A stretch of DNA of 64,000 bases from the human T2T-CHM13v2.0 reference genome, Homo sapiens. Below the pieces are notes generated by a model. That model saw only the letters and a list, made by a program, of their open reading frames with translations, was not told where the DNA came from and searched no databases. The stretch's first letter is position 1. Every line of letters starts with the position of its first letter. The stretch lies in the NCBI RefSeq assembly GCF_009914755.1, contig NC_060937.1; one strand, 5' to 3'. Positions 54,500 to 64,000 of the stretch are shown piece after piece. The position numbers and the translations under genes are program-made.

Positions 54500-56340
54500 T
54501 TTTAATAATTTTCTCACTTATCTTCTCAGACATTCTGCTTTCCTGGAATTCCTTCACCCTCATTGGCTTCTCCTTTTTTGCAACTTTGTTGCATTCTTTT
54601 GCCATTCTGCTCTGTAAATGCTGAAAGGACTCAGGGCTCAACCTTCAGGCCTCTTCTTTATCTGTACTCTTTTCCTAGAAAATCTTACTCAATCCCATGA
54701 AGTAAATGCATATCTGCCCAGAACTCTCCCTTAATTATCATTCACATATAATGAACTACCTATTAATCATCTCTATCTGGATGTCTCATTGGCCACTTTA
54801 AATTTCGGATGCCTAACAATTTTTGATTCTGTACCATATCTGCAAAATCTGCATCTCATATAATTGTACCAGCATTTATTCAATTGCTCAAACCCCAAAC
54901 CTAGAAGTCATTCTTGATTCCAATCTTTGAACTCTTTCTCCCAGATCGCCATCTGGTTTGTAAGTCCTGTTGGCTGCAATTTAAACTATTTCCCAAATCT
55001 AATCACCTATCACCACATCTCCCCCAGTCAGAGTCACCACCAGCAGACACCTAGTAATAACCAAAGCCTCTTGTTAGGACTTTCTGCTTTCACTCTAGAC
55101 TGCTAATATCTATTCAGACAGCAACTATAGTGTTCTTTTTAAAATATAAATTATATCATATTGTTCTCCTATTTCAAAAACCTCCAATGGCTTCTGCTGC
55201 CATTGGAGGCAGCATTGCTTTCTGTTCCAATGGATTTCTGTTAGAATAAAATCTAACTTCTGTAGAAAGAGTTAATTATAACACCCATATTTGTTAATTC
55301 AAAAAAAAGTAACTATATGGGAAGCTGCAGGCCTCCACTCAGAGTTTAATAAGAAATCTTGAAAGAATGGAAGATTGTTGGCATGGTTCTTGAGAAAACA
55401 GCTCAACTGGCATTACTCGCTTATGGATAAATAAAAGAACAATATAGGTAATATATATATACTAGTTACTCACAAATTTAAGTGAAATCTTTGCTTATTC
55501 TTATGCCCTCATTGGGTGAATTTACATCTGTCTACTTACAGAAAAGCTCTTAGACCTTCTTAGCAATCTCGAAAGGGTTCTTACAAGTTCCAAGGGCTAT
55601 TGACATGTGTCCTTGAGACTAAGAATATCTACCAGAGGAAATCACATTGGTAAGATTGTTTTGGTGTAGAAAATCATGTTTGTTCACCTAAAATTGTTAA
55701 CTAAGTTTTTCATGAGAGAATTTTACCCACCAATCATATGTTACTTACTTCACTCTGATCTCCCTCATCTATCTCTAATGAAACCAACACCATAAAAGGA
55801 CTATGCAGATTCTTTTAAAACTAGAAACAGACCTAAGTAGTATTTTTTCCTTGTAATAATTTGCAAGCCATAATAAATTGTTTTTAAAACGCATTAGCAC
55901 TAAAACACAGAGTAGAATCCCAATTTTTCACAGCACTTATGACTTTGGCTCACAAAGCCCTATGTTATTGCATGAACACCTACCTCTGTGAAATTGTTTC
56001 CTCTTCCTCTTTTCCTCCTTCACCACCTGCAGGCACACTGGCCTTGTTGATGTTTATGGAACACAGAAAGCTGATTTCAAATTTAGGGCTTTAGCTTTTT
56101 GATTCCCCTGTCTGATCTTCCCAGACTCACACCTATTTAACATTCAGCTTTGGTTCAAATGTCAACTCTTCCAAGAAGTCTTCCAACAGTGCTTTATCTA
56201 GCTTTCCCAGCAACCCCCATCACCCTGGGTTTTTTTCCCCCTCATTTTAGGTATTATTAGAAATTGAGTCATTTCTTATATGTTTAATTGCCTTCTTTCA
56301 CTAGAATACAAATTCTATAACAGAAAGAAACTTGTCTGTC
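54500..56340 (+). mobile_element. L2 fragments (interrupted)
   Basis: ggatgtctca, ccaaacctagaagtcattcttga, aaaacctccaatggcttc and cactagaatacaaattcta are L2-type phrases. Confidence 0.55.
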
Positions 56341-56342
56341 TT

Positions 56343-56702
56343 TGATATGGTTCAGCTCTGTGTCCCCACCCAAATCTCACCTTGAATTATAGTAATCCCC
56401 ATGTGTTGTGGGAGGGACCCAATGGGAGGCAATTGAATCATGGAGGCAGGTTTTTCCTGTGCTGTTCTTGTGATAATCAATAAGTCTCACAAGATCTGGT
56501 GGTTTTATAAAGGGGAGTTCCCCTGCACATCCTCTCTTGCCTACCGCCGTGTAAAATGTTACTTTGCTCCTCATTCACCTTCCGCCATGATTGTGAGGCC
56601 TCCCCAGCTATATGGAACTGTGAGTCCATTAAACCTCTTTCCTTTATAAATTTCCCAGTCTTGGGTATGTCTTCATTAGCAGCATGAGAACAGACTAAGA
56701 CA
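56343..56702 (+). mobile_element. THE1 (B/C-like) solo LTR
   Basis: tgatatggtt...ccccacccaaatctca...cagactaagaca with a 5-bp TSD GTCTT on both sides. Confidence 0.93.
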
Positions 56703-58636
56703 GTCTTGTTCATCCATTTCTCTCTCGAGTCTTGAGCTCTGTTTAATCTGTAGCTGGCCATAGAAAAAATAGTGGAATGAATAAGTGTTTATAACTTCAA
56801 AAGCATCTTAACAGATAGTAACAACACAGTATTAGCTCATATATCTGGATGGATTGGGTCCAAGGACAATTCTATAATAAGAAAATTGCCTGGTTCAAGA
56901 GTTTAGGACACATCTTTTGTGGGCCACAGCTGTATGTAGGTATAGCTGATTTGTGTGTTTCATATTAAAAGCCACTTGAAAATCAACCATATTGATCCAC
57001 CTGTGAATTAGCAAGGACTCAGCAGTCTCAAGGTGGGAAAATGATTCTTGCTGCTGTACATTTTGAAAATTAGACTGAGCTGGTACTATACATAAGTAAA
57101 GTTTGTTGAAATAACTAGGATTCCATAAAATCCTCCTGCTAAGAAACTTCTCAGCATGTCTATCTGCAGTAATAACTGTACCTGAATAAAACTTGGTGGA
57201 TGCAGAAGGTTGTGGACTCATCTTTTGGTTTTGGTTGGCTCAGGAGCTAGTGTAGGGCATGGCCAAAGACTTGCCCTTCGAATGGACCAGGTGTGAGTAA
57301 AGGAAACACAAGCCCAGCTGGTGTTAGACCCTCAGATCTAAAAACCAGCTGGAGGAAAAATTGGAGTGATCTTTCAGTATGAGTTCTACTTTATATTGTT
57401 TGTTATTTCTAGCAGAGATTCAAAATGGCTGCATTGCCCAGAAAAATAATGCCTGACTTCTATTAGCAGAAGGAAATGATTAGCTGTTTCTTAAAAGCTT
57501 GCTAGGATGCATTCGTACCACATTTTTGGCCTGGGCTTTTTGGTTATTACAATGTCAATTTTTTAAGATGGTTTTTAGTTCATTTGTGTTTTCTACTTCA
57601 ATTTTTTAAAATTGTTTTTGCTAGAAATTTATCTTTTTCACCTAGGTTTTAAAGTTTATCGCGACTTAGTTGTATAGCCACACACACACATACACACACA
57701 CATTTATAATTTCTGTTTATTTGTAGTTATTTCCCTGTTTTAATTCTGCATCTGTTGTATTTGTATCTTCTATCAATCTCCTGTTTCTCTTTTGGCATCT
57801 TCAGGGCTGGCCTGGATATGCAGGGAAACTGGCAGCCTGAGTGTAGCTGAGCGTCTCACCCGCGATATTTTAGCTTGCTTTTAAAAAGTCTTCACAAATC
57901 ATTTTATTTTTACTAGTCATTGGATATTCTGAAAAAATCAAGAGAGAGATTTTCTGATGGTTGAATCACTGACTGCTGGAGTGTTTTGATGTGGGTTTTG
58001 TGGTCATAGATGGGCCCCATCTGTAGATACCTATTTCCCTTTTTAAAATCCCGTTTGAAAATGAGTTTAATTAGGAGCAAACAACAAATTAACACATTTT
58101 GGTATTTTACCTTGAAATTCCTTACAAATATATTGATATTGTTTCATCCAATATCAATACTTTTATCCACATATTGTTTACAAATGAACTAATTTTAGTT
58201 TATCAGTAAGTTGTTCGAGTCTGTCCTTGGAGCAGATTAAAATGTATTGAGTTTTTTGATGAGGCAAGCATTTTTTGATAGGCTGCCTTTTTTGTTGTTG
58301 TTGTTTTACTTAAAACAACTTCAAATCTGACTGAAACATTTAAATGTATAACATTTTATCTGTTTCTGCCCTCTTATATGAGTTTAGTCTTTCAATATGA
58401 TTATGAAACTGACCTGAATTACTCCATTGGACAACATGGAGAAGTAGAATTCTGCTAATTTTGCTGGTGCATATGTTTGATAAAAACTTAAGAATATAAA
58501 AAAAAAAAAATCCCCATATGGTTGATACAGAAAAAGTGTTGACACGTTGCTGCTCTGTTTCTCTGCGAATCTGTGTACCTCTGCCATACTGTGGCCTGAC
58601 GGCATGTGCAAACTTACCTTTTAAAACTACAAAGAG

Positions 58637-59069
<433 letters not shown>

Positions 59070-59689
59070 TCATGGTTATTGTTGTCATTTTCTAGAAACA
59101 CACTTGCAGTGGTTTCTTTTATTAGGTAAATTGTTGATTAATGTGATTTAAGTGATGCCACTTAACATATGCTGGCTTTTGGGATCTTCTTATGTTTAAT
59201 CTGTAATTTAATGCCTGTTAGTTAATATTTTTAAGGTATAGCTATTTTAAAATTCGAAAACAAAACCATTCATTTGGAATCCTAAAAGGACTCTGTTCTA
59301 ATGCAAAAAAATGACTTTCTACTTTTTCTCTTGAATTTTTCAGTATATTCCATGGCTAGTAGAAATAGAACTAAATCCGAAATTTTTGCTTGACCAAAAG
59401 CTAAATTTTTTTTCTTCTTAATTTTGGAATAAAGTTTATAAATTTTAGGGTTGCCTGGCAGATTCATTTTGCCATCAAGTTGGCTATGATGAAGTAACTG
59501 ATATTTTTAGTGTTCTTTATTTTACTTATTTTACTCCCACTCCTTCTCCAGATAATCATTCAGGATTAATATGAAACATTTCATAACACTACCTAAATGT
59601 AATAGTAATAATACTTAAATATATAAGGATACTAAAAATAATAATACTTAATCATTAAATAATAATAATTCTTAAATATGTGTTACTTA

Positions 59690-59940
59690 ATCATACACAG
59701 AGAGTGCTTACTATGTGCCAGAGACCATGCTAAGCACTTGTCCATATTAGTTCATTTAATCCTCTTGACAGCCCTATAATATAGATATGATTGTCTTCAT
59801 TCCCACCTTACAGATGAGAAAACTGAGTCACAAAGAAATGTGGTTACTTGCTTAAGGTTATTGCTGTTAAGTGGAAGAGCTGGGATTCAAACCCAGCTCT
59901 GCACCCTAGGGTTCATGTATCTAATCGCCATGCTGTACTA
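59690..59940 (-). mobile_element. MIR
   Basis: gagtgcttactatgtgccag...ttacagatgagaaaactgag...gctgggattcaaacccag. Confidence 0.82.
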
Positions 59941-61710
59941 GCATGGTTGACTGTAATACAAGTTTGTTGTTCATTTGTCTGTTTTGTGCCTTTGTACAAC
60001 TGGAGTTTGAATCTTGTCCTACATCATGCCAAAAGCAACTAGTAAACTCCTATTTTTCCATTTCAAAATATCCTAGAAATGTCAGGTCCTCTAGGCAGTT
60101 TTCTGACCTACTCACTCATTTTGGTTAGAATCTTATATGTACGTTACTCAAATAGTAAATAACATATGCTCATCAGTAAGAATATACAGTGCAACACTTT
60201 TAAAATAACGTAATTGTGGCCAATAGAACCATTCTTATTGGTTAGTGTTGTGTTGACTAAAGGTTCATATAAACTCAGAAAAAAAGTGAGTTGTGGCTGA
60301 AAGTGCTTCCTTCCACCAGCAGATGTCACTGTTGTCTCTTAGCGCTGAATGTTCAGCGTTGACTGAAGGTTATAATGGAGAACAAGAGCTATTTTATTAA
60401 AAATTCTGTAAGCCACCGCGTACAAGCAACGTTGCTTTGGCATGAATACAAAAAAAAAATAGCACAAAATGGGAAAGCAATCTGTTTCCTTACTTCTACA
60501 AAGCACAGTAAGTTTCAGACAACCTAGTGTCCCTCTGACACCTGGGAGGCAGCAGCACAGTGGATGAGGAATACGGGAAGGCGCTCCTCTGTGATCTGCA
60601 TAGATCCATTCTAACTCGGTGCAGCCGGTGGGACTCCAAGAGTTGAGACCATAGGGGCTGGGAAACAGCCCTGGCCACAGGGTGGTAGTGAACTAAACTT
60701 GTTTCTCAGCACATGCAAAGCACTCTCTATTAATTCCTGGAAATAATTGAGAGAGAATTTGTAGAGCCTGAAGGTCCTGTACTAGCAGGTGGGACCAAAA
60801 GCGATGGAAATGAGGCTGATTCAAAGGCATTCTAAGCATCTCTGCTAGACTCTCCGAGAATGCAGGCATAAACCAGACACAGCCCTGGGCCCTGTGCTCA
60901 CCCTGAAGGCAGCAGGAATGTGCAAGCTCTTCCGGCAAGCCAGAAAAATGTGGCTGTGGCGTTTGTACACCTTTATTCCCGAAAATATCCTATTACTTTT
61001 TGAAAATAGATTTAAAAGAGGGGTAGCCTTCTGAAAAATCACCATGATATTTGCTTTCAGTAACATTTGGATAAAATCATCAATTATTTGAGCCATTCCA
61101 CGATCAATTACTAGGATGTCTGTTAAACTGCATCACCTATAGATGTATATATTAATTGAGGTTTAAAAAATACCTGCTACTCCAGAATGTTTGCTTATAT
61201 ACTCGCAAATTCTGTTGCCTAGAATGGTCAGGGAATATATTCTGCTTAAATTAGAAGACGTTGTTTTCTGGTTCATTAAGTAAAACTTTTCTAAGATCAA
61301 TCAATACACTTTTCTAACTTGGTCCTGTGATTTCAAAAGCTCATTTGGCAAAAGGACAGGCTGTCGGTCTTTACCTCTGGATGTGGGTTACATTTTGGTC
61401 AAATTGGTTGGCAATAAGAAGGCAGCTGGAGGGTGACTGTCAGCACTAGGAGAGGAGCAAAGAGGCTGCCTTCACTTAAACTAATGTTCAAAATTATTTC
61501 CCATGAGAAATGCAAATTCCTAGGTCATAAATAGTTTGGAACTAAATGGTGATGCTTACTTTGTGGAATGATTCTCTAACAAAATAAAAAATTCACTGTG
61601 ATTTCACTGCCCTGGCCTTTCAGCCAAATCTTTCTTCTGAGTTCAAACCCATACATCCCAAATGCCTAAAGAATATTACCATTCAGATGTCTCCAGGCAT
61701 CCCAAACTCA

Positions 61711-61867
61711 TAAGGTTACCAGAACACTCATTTAAAACTGAATTTCTTTTTGTGTGTACATTCCATAAGTATTCCTCTTCAGGACATCCTTAAACTAAAA
61801 ATGTTCTCATTCCTTGCCTGAGATTCCAATTTAGCTGGATGTCCTATTATTTTATCTGACAACCTTA
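61711..61867. mobile_element. MER53-like hAT MITE
   Basis: Terminal inverted repeats taaggttaccaga ... tctgacaacctta. Confidence 0.6.
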
Positions 61868-62218
61868 CAAACTCAACATGTCTGAAATAGAACTTTTCAT
61901 ATTATCATATAAAGCCACTTCTCTCCCTCTGGAATTAGGAAATGGCACCACCACCACCCGCATGCCTTTCTCACACATTAAACCCATTCATTCATTAAAT
62001 TGTTACACATCTGTTTAATTATAACATCTCTTAAAATTTAACAAACCCACCCAGTTTTTCTCTGTCTCTACTGAACCTCCCCCTGCCCCAGCTTGGCCAT
62101 CATCATATTTCATCTTCACCAGTCTCCTTCTTTCTCCATATCATAGCCACAGTGGTCTCCCCAATCTACAACCTCATTATACATGAAAACCTCTACATAA
62201 AACCATCAAATGGCTCTC

Positions 62219-62330
62219 TAGGGTGACCAGTTGTTCTGAATAGTCCAGGACTATTTCAGTTTGGCACTGAAAATCCTGTGTCTTGGGAAAGTTCTCAGAC
62301 CCAGGAAAACTAGAGTGGTTGGTGACCCTA
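62219..62330. mobile_element. MER81-like hAT MITE
   Basis: TIRs tagggtgacca ... tggtgacccta, about 112 bp long. Confidence 0.72.
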
Positions 62331-64000
62331 TTTCAAGTAAAGCACAAGTTCTTAGTCTGGTTTATAAGACGCTTTGTGCCTTTCCTGACCCCCTAATTAC
62401 TTTATTAAATGTTATCTCTTGTCTCTTGCCTACTCACAATCTGTATTCCAGTGATGTTAATTTTCTGCCCATTACAAGAGAATTCCATCTAATCTTTTGC
62501 ATCTCCAGGCTGTAGTACTTTCCTGTCTGAAAGATGTCCATCGTCTGGCTTCCTTTCTGCTCCTCTGGTCCCCTGTCTATGCCATCACACATTCTTCCTA
62601 GGTCCTACATGTTATTTAGGTTTAAATTTACACATTTCTTTCTCTAGAAAGCCTTTTCTGAACACTCAATATGTTACAGCACACCTCCCATGAGCACCCA
62701 AAGCTCCTGGGATTTAACATGGTAATTTCACTTATGTTCTTTATTATAATGACTATGTTTGTCTTTTGAAAAAAATTTTTAGATGTTATTGTCCTTTGCC
62801 ATCAGATTCCCTAAGGGAAAGAACAATGGCTATGTTGCTGCGCATTGTGTTCTCAGCACCTAGTAGTGTGTCTGGCACATAGAAATTGATCAATACGTAT
62901 CTTTTAAATGCAAAAAAAGGCAACTGAATGACAGCCCACTGGATAGCTCTGCCTGGTTCTTTCCCAGGCAAAGTCACCTCCTGTCTAGCATCCCCCTTCC
63001 CCCAACTCTCAACTTCTCAGCTTGCTCCTTCTTCTGCATTATTTCTCTAAATAAAGATATGCATCTCTTGTCTTGCCCAAGACAGACATCTAACAGGCAT
63101 TCCTTTTTTATCCACCTCCTACCTTCCACCTCCAGACAATCACTACATTCGATCACTTCTCACTTTTGCATGACTCAAGAATTTGCTTACTTCTCTACCA
63201 CTACCCTGGTTCTCCCCCATCATGAACAGAATGCTAATAACCTCCCACCTGGCTTTTTACCTTTTCTACATTTTCCTTTGTAGACACCAGTTTTCACACT
63301 GTGGACAAGATGATCTTTTAAAATTACTGCTGATCTTTTCAATTTTATCTTCCTTTACACTTTCCTTCCTTTTCTGGCCCCTCTCTTGGAAGCCTTCCTG
63401 ATTACTCAGGGCTGGATCTGATGTGTTCCCATGGTGAGTGGTACATAGTCGTAAATGTTGCACTTATAAAATTATCATAAAATTACCTGGTGATGCATGT
63501 CAGCTTCCTCCCCTCCAAGGTTAATTCTCTGATGGCAGTCTACAGTTTATCACTTGCTTCACAGAGTCCAATGTCCAGTGCTCAATGGGTGCTTGTAGCA
63601 CGAGTCAATGAACGGCTCTTTAATACAGGACATTCACTGCTTATCAGTGAATTATTCACATATATACAATGGAGAAAAAGGAACACTGATAAGGTTAAGG
63701 TAAACATCAATCGTATCATTTAGAATTATCAGACCTATTATTCTGATTCAAGTGGAAATAAAACTAGCCAGTTAATACTCATGTATTTACATAGGTAAAT
63801 ACAAAAGATAGTATAAACACAGAATTTTTGTTTGTTATTCTTTTTTGCCTATCTGATTTAAAAGACAGCTGTACATACTATGTCTGTGTTGATGGGGACA
63901 CAATGTATAAAGACGTAATCTGTGACAATAATAACATAAAGAGAGGCAGAGCTATACACGAATGGAGTTTTCGTATACCATCAAAACTAAGTTATCTGCT

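Larger units (their letters stand above)
61600..63620 (+). mobile_element. L2 fragments
   Basis: Pyrimidine-rich L2 phrases and 3' end gtgtctggcacatag...tcaata. Confidence 0.55.

Noticed and set aside
60340-60440. Short palindromes (agcgctgaa-tg-ttcagcgtt and aagcaacgttgctt)
   Set aside because: Too short to distinguish from chance, and no recognisable RNA gene or motif.

Overview
Primate, almost certainly human, genomic DNA covering the OXGR1 (GPR99/GPR80) locus. The only credible protein-coding gene is OXGR1 on the minus strand. Its CDS lies in one exon (29849-28836, 337 aa class A GPCR). Splice signals support three upstream non-coding exons (ending at 36395, 34669-34519, 31899-31848), with a CpG-island promoter at about 36.2-36.8 kb and an AATAAA at 27822-27827. 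The rest is mostly interspersed repeats: a pol-deleted ERV1 provirus with LTR9-like LTRs (8445-13289), solo LTRs, MaLR elements, L1/L2/MIR fragments, MER DNA transposons and Alus. Repeat subfamily names come from recall of consensus sequences, not a database search. I see no new multi-gene system. The most interesting signals are in the OXGR1 leader: three uORFs (one overlapping the start codon), a duplicated leader exon whose twin has no acceptor, an L1 whose target-site duplication copied a splice donor, and an ultra-truncated Alu in the promoter. The provirus has a tRNA-Gly-like primer-binding site and clustered octamer motifs.
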